From positions 110,176,001 to 110,240,000 of the forward strand of contig NC_087437.1 of NCBI RefSeq assembly GCF_036321535.1: a stretch of DNA of 64,000 nt. The letters are read 5' to 3'. The translations under genes and the position numbers were made by a program. The stretch's first letter is position 1. The number at the start of each line of letters is the position of its first letter. Positions 52,826 to 64,000 of this stretch are shown in pieces. This DNA is from Camelus dromedarius (lineage: Eukaryota). The notes below the pieces were generated by a model. It was not told the DNA's origin, did not search any database, and worked only from the letters and a program-made list of their open reading frames with translations.

Positions 52826-52910
52826 AGAATTTTTAGTCTACTGGCTATATCTTCCTGATTACTATCATTATGTCTAGGTTTCCTTTACATGAGAAAATTT
52901 TAAATGTTTT

Positions 52911-53687
52911 CAGTGCTGGAGATGGTAAGGAGAAAATGGAACCTTCCTACACTGTTGGTGGGAATGTAGTTTGGTGCAGCCATTATGAAAAACAGGATGG
53001 AGATTCCTCAAAAATCTAAAAATAGGCTTAACATATGATCCAGCAATCCCACTTCTGGGCATATATCTGGAGGAAAATCTACTTTGAAAAGATACATGCA
53101 CCCCAGTGTTCATAGCAGCACTATTTAAAATAGCCAAGACATAGAAACAACCTAAATGTCCCTGACAGATGACTGGATAAAGAAGTTGTTGTATAGTTAT
53201 ACAATGGCATACTAATCAGCCATAAAAAATAAAATAATGCCATTTGCAGCAACATGGATGGACCTGGAAATTGTCATTTTTAAAGGAAGTAAGCCAGAAA
53301 GAGAAAGAAAAATATCATATATCACTCACATGTAGAATATATTTTTTAAAAAAGGACACAAATTAACTTATTTATAGAACAGAAACAGACTCACAGACAT
53401 AGAAAACAAACTTATGGTTACTAGGGTGGGAAGGGGGTGAGAAGGGATAAATTGGGATTTCAAGATTTGCAGATACTAACGACTACATATAGAATAGATT
53501 AACAAGTTTCTTCCATATAGAAAAGGGTACTTTTTCAATATCTTGAAGTAACCTATGACAAAAAAGAATATGAAAATGAATATATGTATGTATATGTATG
53601 ACTAAAACATTATGCTGTACACCAGAAATTAACACAACATTGTAAACTGTCTATACTTCAGTAAAAAAAAAAAAAAAGAGAAAAAAA
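52911..53687 (+). mobile_element. 5'-truncated L1 3' end with A tail
   Basis: GTGCTGGAGATGG...TTGGTGCAGCCATTATGAAAAACAG...CTATACTTCAGTAAAAAAA. Confidence 0.92.
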
Positions 53688-54181
53688 GTGTCAAAAAATG
53701 CTTCTTGACAAATAAGCAGTCAGAAAACTTATTTTTATCAAGTATTAATTATAAAAATCAGTAGTTTTTTAGGCAGAAGGGAAAAGATTCACAGAAAAAA
53801 ACTGGACACAAAAAAACTAAATGATTGAAAAATATAAATAAATATTAATTGTGCAAAAATAATAATGATAATTTCTTTTGAGATTTAAATATGTAGAAAA
53901 TGAGGTACATGAGAAATACCATACCATAAAAGACTGGATATAAAAATAGCTAGCTCTAAGATCCTAGATTTATTTGGAAAGAAGTAAAAGTAACATACTT
54001 CCATAGAGTGTAAAAAGTCATGAAGTTGATAAGGATAAAAAATACAAAGTGTATTCAATAATGTAAAACCTGCAGGCAAAAGGATAGAATTCTGGAAAAC
54101 TATTTGGTGCTCTCTTTTATAACTCAGCAATTCTGATTCTAGTCACATACCAAATCTATATGCATATTTTGATAAATTAAT

Positions 54182-54375
54182 CAGAGGTAGGCAAACTTGT
54201 TTCTGTAAACAGTGAAATATTTTAGATTTTGTAGGCTATATGCTCTGTTTCCACTGCTTAACTCTGTCATCGTAGCATGAAAATAGTCATAGACCATACA
54301 TAAATGAATGGATGTGGATGTTTTCCAATAAAACTGTACCAAAGCAGATGATGACCAAGACTTTGTGGATCCCTG
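54182..54375 (+). mobile_element. MER58A-like hAT-Charlie MITE
   Basis: CAGAGGTAGGCAAACT...TTCCAATAAAACT...TTTGTGGATCCCTG with imperfect TIRs. Confidence 0.8.
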
Positions 54376-54384
54376 GGTTAAATA

Positions 54385-54830
54385 TTCAGCAGAATATGTT
54401 CTGTCCATCTCACCTTTAGGGCAAGATTATACATTCCTTCCCACCTGAGGTTTGCTACCAATATCACTTGATCTGGCTTTACTATGAACAGGGTGTATTT
54501 CCCTGACCCTTGCCTTTGGGCTTAACCATCTTATTTGCATTGGCCAGTAGGATGTTGGAGACATGCCTTGAGCATAGGTATATGCATGCATGTCTGAGTT
54601 TTCCTTGTGCTCTACACTTTTCTTCTGGAGAATATGCCCCGAGTAGCTGCCAGTCCAAGGAGGATGAAGGATGAATGGAGAAAGTTTGAAACCAACATAC
54701 AACTTAAGCCAAATTCTCATCATTTCAGCCAAATCTCAGCCAACCTACAAACACATTAACAAGACATAAATGTTAATGTTACATGACACTGAGGGTTTTC
54801 TAAGCATCACTAAATAGCAATAATTAGCAT
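54385..54830 (+). mobile_element. MLT1 (MaLR) LTR
   Basis: TATTTCCCTGACCCTTGCCTTTGGGCTTAACCAT...TGGCCAGTAGGATG...CAGCCAACCTACAAACA...TAAATG. Confidence 0.7.
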
Positions 54831-55312
54831 GTCTTAGATACATGCATAAGTGTACCAAGAGACATGAACAACATTGTTTGTGGCAGCACTATTTGTAAAA
54901 TATTGTTAAAAATTCAAAATAACACAAATAACCATCAAAAGTATAAATTGTGATACATTTGTGCATTGAAACTTTATACGGCAGTAAGAATTAACACGAA
55001 AACAAAATATATGAATAAAAAATGTTAATCAAAAGAAGCCAGATTTAAAGTCCTGTTTGTGTGATTCCATTTGCATAAGCTTCAAAACTTGGCAAAACAA
55101 ATTTATGTTTCTGGATATCAGAGATGAGGAATGGTTACTCTTAGGCGCTGATATCAAATGGAAACAGGCATAAGGAGAGTCATTTGAGATATTAGTGTTA
55201 TGCAATTTTGGGATCTAAGTACTGATTAAACAGGTATATTTTGAATATTCATCAAGTTCTACCCTTCTGATTTACGCACACTCTGAATGTTATACAATAT
55301 ACATAAATAAAG
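54830..55312 (+). mobile_element. Old L1M 3' end (continues fragments at ~53700-54180)
   Basis: TTGTGGCAGCACTATTTGTAA...GTGATTCCATTTGCATAAG...GGCAAAAC. Confidence 0.65.
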
Positions 55313-55804
55313 GCTCTTTTTGCTTATTAAGAGCATAAACATAAGTTAAATCAGTTCATGAAAAGTATTTTGTAGGAAGCATCATCTAGTAGACAAGGCA
55401 TGTTTCCATCTGAGAACAGATGGAGAATTTGCCAGACTTCCAGCATCAAGTTCCCTTTCAAGGTACCCACTCATCCATTAAACACAACATAAAACTTTAG
55501 ATTGTATAAAGGGGTTATATATATAAATTATAATATAAAATATATATAATTATATATCATTTAAAATAGAATTATAACATGTAAATATTATGATTTATAA
55601 TTAATATATGAATATTAGAGTACATATGTAAAATAAACATTTCTAGAAATCCACAGTTGAGTAAAACAAATGTAAAAAAAATAAACCTAGAGGAATTCTT
55701 GTGTGCCCTGTGTCATCTCGAGTAATTTAGTAATATTTATCAACTGACCAAATCTAGAATGAGCAAAGGCTTTAAAAATAAACAAATTCTTCTTTCTAAA
55801 AAGA

Positions 55805-56815
55805 ATAGATTCTTTTTTTGGTCATTTTTAGACTTGCAGAAAAATTTAGCAAAAAATAAGAAAGTTCTTATACATACCTTCACCCTCCTCCCTCCAATCT
55901 CTGCTATTATTAATTTCTTACATTAGTGTGGTACATTTACCAGAATTGATGAGCCAATATTCATACACAGTTATTAACTAAAGACCATTGTTTACTAGTG
56001 TACATTGTGTTGTACATTCTGAGTTTTGACAAGTGTATAATAATGTATATTCACCATTATTGTATCATGCAAGGTAATTTCACTGTCCTAAAAATCTCCA
56101 GTGCTTCACCTATTTATCCCTCTTTCCCTCCCCCACACCACTGGCAATCAGTGATCTTTTTATTGTTTTATTGGCTCCATTGTTTTACCTGTTTCAGAGT
56201 GCCTTATAGTTGGAATCATTCAGTACATAGGCTTTACAGATTGTTTCAGCAATAAGCATTTAAGGTTTTTCCATGTCTTCTCATAGTTTGATAACTCACT
56301 TTATTTTATTGCTGAATAATATTTTATTGTATGGATGTATTACAGTTTGTTTATTCATTCATCTATTGAAGGACATCTTGGCTGCTTGCATGTTTTACCA
56401 TTATGAATAAAGCCACTATAAACATCTATATGCAGGTTTTTGGGTGGACATATGTTTTCAAGTCATTTGAGTAAATACCAAGGAGCATGAATGCTAGGTG
56501 GTGTGATACGATTATGTTTAGTTTTATAAGAAACTACCAAACTCTTCCAAAATAGCTGTAGCATTTTGCATTCCCACCAGCAATGAATGAGAGTTCCTGC
56601 TGCTCCACATTCTTGCCAGGATTTGGTGCTGTCAGTGTTCAGAATTTAACCACTATAATAGGTATGAAGTAGTTTTAATTTGCAATTCCTCAAGGATATA
56701 ATATGTTGAGCAGTTTTTCATATGCTTATTTGTCATCTGTATATCTTCTCTGGTGAGATGTCACTCAGATCTTTGCCCATTTTTTAATTGGGTCATTTGT
56801 TTTCTTGTTGTTGAG
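55805..56815 (-). mobile_element. L1 (L1MB/MC-type) 3' end
   Basis: Antisense ORF2 end TTTTGCATTCCCACCAGCAATGAATGAGAGTTCCTG and 3'UTR TAGTGTGGTACATTT...AATTGATGAGCCAATATT. Confidence 0.85.
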
Positions 56816-57929
56816 AAAATACCTCGTGTAAACCTCACATATTCCAAAAGCCATATATTATTCCATTGCTGTTATGCAATAATATGGTTTTGTCTCTCTT
56901 TAATCAATCTTGATCAGTCTTGAATAAAAGCCTGTTATTGGAATAATTTACCTTGAAACTCTTCTAGTAAGAGGCTCTGAGAAATATAGTTTCTAGTCTC
57001 TGTGATAAAAGGAAGAAAATGTAGAGAATAGTACAGGGTTGCTCTCAGAAAATTTAGTAGTATAGGTTTTAGACAAATAATGTGTTCCTCTTTTTTTCAG
57101 ACCAATGCTTCTTGTTAAAAGTCCTTATTTTAGACAGAAGTTTTTGTTCCATTATAATATAAAAATTTATAAGAACATATATAATTTTCACTCATAAAGA
57201 ATCAAAATTCTACCTCTAGTGAATTAACTAATATAAGAAAAATGAATAGACAAGTAAATAATAAATTGCATGGTTGAACTGATACACTCACATAGACACA
57301 AAAATGATAAAAATCTAAATGTGAATGAAAATACCTATTTATATGAATTTATGGAACAAAAAGTCTATGACCTAATGAACAGGCAGACTGTCCATCATAA
57401 GCAATCATTAGAAATGTATAGCTACAGAAGAAATGTTTGCATTAATTTGCTTAATCAGTAAAGATAATTATCTATTTTGTGGCTTCATTAACTTTTCTCA
57501 TCCAAAAATCCATACTCATACATAAGGATATTTATAATATTACATTACACATTTCATAGTTAGATAAAAATAAATACTCCCCAAAATGTGATATAGGAGC
57601 TTTCCATGAAAATTAATCATAGCCTCTAAACAAAAATAGAATGAGTAAGGGCTTTTTAAATGGACTAAGAATTGCTTATTAAAGGCACCTGATTTGACTG
57701 TTGGAATTCTGACATAATCATAAATTATTCTTATGAGAAATTTTCTGCCAACAAACAATAGATTCAAGAAATTTTAAATGCAAATTACTCTGAAATGTGA
57801 GGCCCAAACTTCCCACGGTCGCCCCACCTTCTACTGGGTGGAAATATACAAAAGCCTATTGGCAGATGGTGATTTTTGAACGCAGGAAACTGATTCTTAG
57901 CTTCTTAACTAAACCCACTGCTCACCATA

Positions 57930-58075
57930 ATGCGCTATTACAGCAGCTACTCTGGTGGCTTGGACTGTGGCTTTGATGCCCTGGGTTCTGGCTCTGGCCA
58001 TGACTGTGTCGGTCCGGATACAGCTGCTGCCACCCATCTTGCTATAATGGATGTCGGTCATAAGGACTCTACTGA
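57930..58075 (+). pseudogene. KRTAP20-like pseudogene
   Basis: MRYYSSYSGGLDCGFDALGSGSGHDCV, frameshift near 58010, then GYSCCHPSCYNGCRS*GLY*; TATA altered (TATACAAAA ~57845); AATAAA 58365-58370. Confidence 0.85.
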
Positions 58076-59099
58076 AAAACTCCTATAGCCACTCACACTA
58101 TTGGTCTCCTTCACCTGTGTCTTCTGACTTTTTCACTAAAGATCTTCTGTTCTGTCTTTCAGAAGTGAACACTTCATCCTCGGGTACCTGAAACAAACAA
58201 AACAAAACAAAACCTCCACAAAATTATACGGTCTTGGTCCAATTTATTTCAATCTAGTTGACCAAATCCCTTAAAATATCTCACAATTTACAGTAACTCT
58301 AATCCTTGATACCCCATTATCATTATACTTCATTTATTTACTATAACATCTTTATGTCATTTTCAATAAATCCTGTGTTTTATTGTAAACAATGCTGTTT
58401 AGAATTTATTCACATTTCTATCTTATGTTTGCATGCCATGTGTGTTCAATTGTGAGTATGAAAGAAGGATAAAGGAAGAAAAGAGGAAAGAAAGGAAGAC
58501 TGGAAAGAAGGGAGGAGGAAGGGAAGGAGGGAGGGACAAAGAGAGAGAGAAAGAGAAATACTTGCACAAGTTTCTCCTGCAGGGATGATGTGTCTGCGAG
58601 ACCTAAGAGTGGACAAACTGTTCTTCCTTTCTGCACTCATGTAAATCTGCGCATTCAAGTGCCTGTAGCCCACATATATTTATTAGCATCTGCATCCTAT
58701 CAGGTTAAAGTTGGAGCCTCATATTTTGTGTTATTGCTTCCCCAGTGAAATTAATGACTTGATTCTCACTGGCATATTTTGTGACCGTCTCTTTTAGCTC
58801 TCTCTGGTTAGTACCAAATGGGCCGCATCGGTAAGCTGACATCACTGGCCTCTTCTACTTACAGGCTTTACTTCTTTGGGTCATCGGCAGAAATATCCAA
58901 ATCACATTTCACTTAATTCTTCACTTTACCAGATGTGAGGGTCACTTTTATTATAAGCAATGTTGTTTGTAATGGTGTTGGTACTTATCACCTCATCAGG
59001 TTACCAGGAGAGTAAAACTAGCTAGTTAAATATAAGATTAAACTGTGATATATCAAGGAAGGGGATTTTGTCCATTATTTTTCCTATACAGCTCGATAG

Positions 59100-60365
59100 C
59101 AAACAAAAAGCTGAATTAGTATCTTACAAAAACAAAAGATAACTAAAAATGGCTAGTGGTATATAAAAAGGTGTTCAACTGTATTAGGCATCAAGAAAGC
59201 GAAATCACTACACATCTACCAAAATGGCCAAGAGGAAAATGCAGGTGATATGAGATGTTGGTGAAAACGTAGAGCAACAGTGTATAGAGTTATCAAAGAT
59301 ACAACCACTTTGGAAAACTGTTTAGTAGTTTAAAGAAACTGAACAATTTTATAGTCTATAAAACTGCAATTCCAGTTCCACTTATGCCCCCAACAAATTG
59401 CAGAATAAATCTGTGGCAGAATAAATTGCTTTTATTCAAATATTCACTCCCTCCTCCTTGACCTCCATGAGAAGATTTTACTTCCTTTCTCCATGGTTGT
59501 TGGCTTAGCTATGGAATTTGCATGACCGCATAGTGGACAGGATGTATGTGGACAAAGAGTATATTCCCCATGTCTTGTCTTGCTTTCAACAATAGGATTA
59601 ATAGACACGAGTAAAGGCTTGAAAACTACTTCCACAATTGGACTGCACCACTCTCATATCAGTTTTCCAGATGGAGAAGGGGATGAATCAGCAGGATGCT
59701 GGTCCAAGTTAGAGGAAACTTACACGGATCTACCCCACTACTTTGTGCCAAGTCCAGACTAGTTCAGCCAAACCACAGACAACATGAAGACACGTGAGAG
59801 TAAAGTGAATCTTTATTACCACATAAAAAAGTGATTTGTGTCAGTTCATTATACAACGTAATTGTGGCAATATCTGAATGGGACGTACATAAGCTTTCTG
59901 AAAGATATATGCAAGAATATTCGTGAAAGTAGTGTTAATAATGGTTAAAATTAGAAACAGCCCAACATCAACCATAAATGGATAAATAAATTGTGGTATA
60001 TCATGCAAGAGAATATTATTCAGCAGTAAAAATGCACACTATACGAACAAAATATATGAGTTTCAAAATCACAATGTTGAGCAAATGAAATCAGGTAAAA
60101 ATAGTACATATTGTATGAGTGCATTTATATTATGTGCAAAGTTTGTAGAAGAGATACGTGGTTTCAAAGGCAGAATGAGTAATGCCTGGGGATGGGGGCG
60201 GTAGTGGCGCTGGGAAGAAGTATGAGTCCCCCTGGGTTCTGCTATTCTATCTCTTGATCTGAATGCTGATTAACTTCATAGGGTTATTTTGCTAAAATTA
60301 AGCTATTTCTACACATAATGGTTTACAGTCTTTTCTGTGTGTATTTTGGATTTCAATAAAGTGTA
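59100..60365 (+). mobile_element. Old L1M 3' end interrupted by an MLT1 LTR (~59412-59885)
   Basis: ACAACCACTTTGGAAAACTG before the LTR and AATGGATAAATAAATTGTGGTAT after it; LTR begins TGTGGCAGA. Confidence 0.7.
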
Positions 60366-60880
60366 CTCTAAAAAGTGGAATGGCAGAAAATCTAAACTTG
60401 GAGACCCATTATCCCTAAGGAAGTGGATAGACAAATTTATCAGATTTGTGATGTCAAATAATTTCTTCTTCCTTGTACCCAAAAACTTATTATGTATGAT
60501 CTGAATTGTCAGAATGTATGTTTAACTTAAAGAAAATTTTTGTTAGGAAAAACAAACGTCTGGAACATGACTTTCATGTTTTACGTTATCTCTTTTAACC
60601 CAGACGTGTTATGTTACCAAATACAGAATTAGGAAAGGTTTGAAAATAGGAGAGAAATCACTTTTTAAGTGTGCATCATACATTTCTGGCAATCTTGACA
60701 TAATAGAAAGGTTCTTGCTTTGCATAAAAGAAAGATGGATCAAAAGTTTCAAAACTTCTCATGCAAACGTAGACCAAAACTACCTGTGGTTTTCCCAATG
60801 CAGAGGGCATCCAAACAGAAGGTGATAGTCTAAGAAACTGAACTCTCTGCTCTTCAATTGAACTTTGCACTCCCAACTCC

Positions 60881-60994
60881 ATGTGCTACTACAGAAACGA
60901 CTCTAGCGACCTGGGCTGTGGCTTTGGTGGGTAAGGATACTGCTGCTGCTACCTATTTTGCTGTGGCAGATACTGGTCCCATGGATTCCACTAA
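60881..60994 (+). pseudogene. KRTAP20-like pseudogene
   Basis: MCYYRNDSSDLGCGFGG*GYCCCYLFCCGRYWSHGFH*; TAA at 60932-60934; no TATA; family 5'UTR TCAATTGAAC. Confidence 0.85.
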
Positions 60995-61689
60995 GAAACT
61001 ACCAGAGCAATTCAACCCATGGGTTTCACTCCCTGACTTCCTGAACCCTGCCTCCAGTTAATTCTCCCCTCTTTTCAAACATGGACAATGCATCTTAATT
61101 TCCTGAATGTGAGGTCAGAGAAATTCAGATGCAACTTTGTCTTCATTATTGATGAAACACACAGAATATCTTACAATTAATAGGAAACATTTCCTTTTAA
61201 TTATCATTTTACTTCTGTGTAAGGTTTAATTTAATAATGTCTCTCATGTACAAAAAGTTTAACTTCATTTTTAAATAAACTCTTATTAACTACATTGCTT
61301 TATTTTCATTTATATTTCTTGCTATTAGCTTTATGCTCATGCAACGGTGTATGTGTGACCTGTCAGATGGATTTAAGTGAGGTAAGTTTCATCCTTATTA
61401 AAGACTTTTAAAAAATACCTCTTCAAAAAAATTGAATATAAGACATACCTTTACAAATGATTTTGTATACAAATGATATGATTTCAGCCAGCATATTCAA
61501 AATTGAACATGTATATTTGTTATTTGAGAATATCCATGACAAGAATATTGACAAATATCTATTTATTCAAAATTATAAAACATGTATTGCAGTTTCATCA
61601 AAGTATTAAAGGAATTCTCTTCCATTTTTTTCAGAGATGGTTAATGTCACTCTAATGTCCTTGCAAACTTTCAGTGTCCTCAAACAGTA

Positions 61690-62526
61690 CTATTTAAGCA
61701 ACTTTTTGCTACTCAAATATCATAAATTTTAATTTTAAAATTTCACATTTAAATGTACAGCCAATCTGAAATTGATTTTTGCATATGGTATGAGCCATAG
61801 AAAAAGTTTTTCAAATGATATTTTCCAGCACCATTTATTGAAAAAATTATCTTTTCACTCACTGCACTGAACTGTACCTTTGATATATATCAGGTAATTG
61901 CATATTGTTAACATGCCTGGACTCTTGATTTTCTTTATTGACCTTTTTGTCCATCTTATGTCAATAGTGTACCATTTTGATTAATGAACTTTAATACTAA
62001 ATCTTGGCATCAGGTAATGTAAGTCTTCTAATTTTGCCTTTCAACATTTTCTTAGCTATTCTTGTCCCTTGAATTTCTATATAACTTATAGAGTCATCTA
62101 GTCAATTTTGACCCCCAAAAAGCAATAATTTAAAAAGCTCTAGCATTTAGAAAGAATTCATATCATAAAATTTCTGTTTTCTGTCCTTAAATTTGATATA
62201 TCCTTCCATGTATTTAGATCTTCTTTAATCTCTCTCATTAATATTTTGTGATATTTAGTTTATCTTAACTATATTTCACTATATTTATTCCTAGATATTT
62301 AGTCTTTATGCTACTGTAAATGATTTAATAATTAATTTTAATTTTATTTATTTATTATTTATTTCCTATTTACAGAAATAATGTTGCTTTTTGTATGTTA
62401 ACCTAGAGTACAGAAACCTTGATAACTTATTAATTCTAATAGCTTATTTATAGATTATTTTTGACTTTTATTATCTTTAAATCAACATTTTATTTTTGTT
62501 TGTGTAAACAATATCTTTCATTTCCT

Positions 62527-62574
<48 letters not shown>

Positions 62575-63045
62575 TCGGCCTATTTGATTAGATTGTAGCT
62601 CCAGGGCACCACTGGAAAGAGACTGTGTTATCAGTTATCCTCATTTTACTTAATCTCAGGAGGAACACTTCAACATTTCACCATTAAATATGAAGTTTGT
62701 TCTCCATAGTTGATCAGAATAAGGATTTGATCTATTTCTAGTTTGCTAAGAATTGTTATTTTAAATTGCTTTTGAGTTTTATTAAGTGTCTTCTCCGCAA
62801 TTTTATTGAAAAAGTGGTGAACTTTCTCTTTTATCTTGTTAGTTTGGTCAATCATACTGACTTTTTTTCCCCACTTTTTGTTCTAAAATAACTTCAAATT
62901 TACAGAAAAACTTCAAGAAAAACACAGAATACTAGTTTATTCCCCAAACCATTTGAAAGTAATTTGCAGACATTATGTCCCATTATCCTGAAATAGTCTA
63001 AGCATGCATTTCCTACAAATAAGGACATTCTGTTCTGCCTCATTA
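61690..63045 (-). mobile_element. Ancient L1 fragments, with (TTTC)n at 62521-62576
   Basis: TTCCAGCACCATTTATTGAAAA and CAACATTTCACCATTAAATATGA are typical antisense L1 ORF2 remnants. Confidence 0.7.
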
Positions 63046-64000
63046 GGCCATGTGAATACCTTTCTACCCTGCTCAGATTCCACAACCCATTCCAGGCTTT
63101 TGTTGCCTCCACCTCAGCTTGCCTCCACCCTTCCTAACACTGCTTATGTCTCTAGATATTCATATTAAGTAATACATGTCTCTTTTCCTTCATCTTCAAA
63201 AGTTCCTGCATTTGTTTCTACTTGCGATCACTCTTCTTCTGCAGAAAAAAAAGCTCTATTGTATTTCTTACTGCAGGTCTGGTGGCCACTTTTCTCTAGG
63301 AAAAAAATTCTTTATTTTATATTAAATTTTGAAGGATACTTTCACTCAATATAGCGTTATAAGCTAGCAGGAATATTTCCCCATGACTGTCATGAAAGAG
63401 GTTTTTTTTAAAACCAAGAAAAAGAAATTTATTGTTTGACACTATAAATTTGCCTGTTGCATTAATTCACACATATACTATATGTTATCCCCCTGAGTGA
63501 TGCCTTGTGCATACAATCACACTGTTAGGTGCAATTTTAAAGGTTTGCTTAAGGAAATAGAAATCACTTGGGGTATTTTAAGCAGAAAAGGTTTAATGCA
63601 GAGAAATGCATATCAAACCATGAGAAAGGCCATAGAAACAAAGGTCGAGAAAAGTTTCTACAATCACTCAAATTCACTTTTATCTTTTGTTGAGTAAGGA
63701 AGTTTCAGGAACCATAACATACTGACACTGAATGTCGCAGCTTCCTGCAGTATGTGGGTCAGAATTTCTCAGCAGAACTCAGTTCAAAACCCTACATTTG
63801 CCGAAGGTCAAATATCTCCTTACTGATGCCAATTAAATAATATGGCTTCTGTCTGTCTTTCAGGTCCCAGTCTTACTCAGGAGACTGCGACTGGCAGAAT
63901 CTCTGGAGGACCTTTCTAGCTAGTAGCTTGGAAAGTATAGATGCCCATCAGTGGAATACACAAGAGGATACAGAGGAAGGAAGAGGGCAGAGTTGCCAAC

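Noticed and set aside
63500..64000. Possible old LTR-like sequence at window end
   Set aside because: Too degraded to assign a family or boundaries by eye

Overview
Mammalian, AT-rich and repeat-rich genomic DNA containing part of the high glycine-tyrosine (HGT) keratin-associated protein (KRTAP) cluster. A camelid origin is plausible from the SINE and L1 types, but this is inference. I count 15 single-exon KRTAP loci. Seven have open reading frames: three KRTAP6-family genes on the - strand, one KRTAP22-1-like gene, two KRTAP20-like genes and one divergent KRTAP20-like gene. Eight are disabled or fragmentary. The region ~9.7-30.7 kb is a tandem duplication of a [KRTAP6(-) / KRTAP22(+)] unit. 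The middle KRTAP6 gene is a chimera, with the promoter of the left gene and the 3' flank of the right gene, and there are islands of high identity around the genes. The remainder is L1 (including two 5'-inverted insertions, one in a KRTAP TATA-box position), ERVL/MaLR LTR elements, MIR, hAT DNA transposons, tRNA-derived SINEs and microsatellites. I found no evidence of a wholly new biological system. The interest lies in gene birth and death, chimerism and shared cis-elements. Repeat subfamily names and paralog numbers are from recall, not database search.
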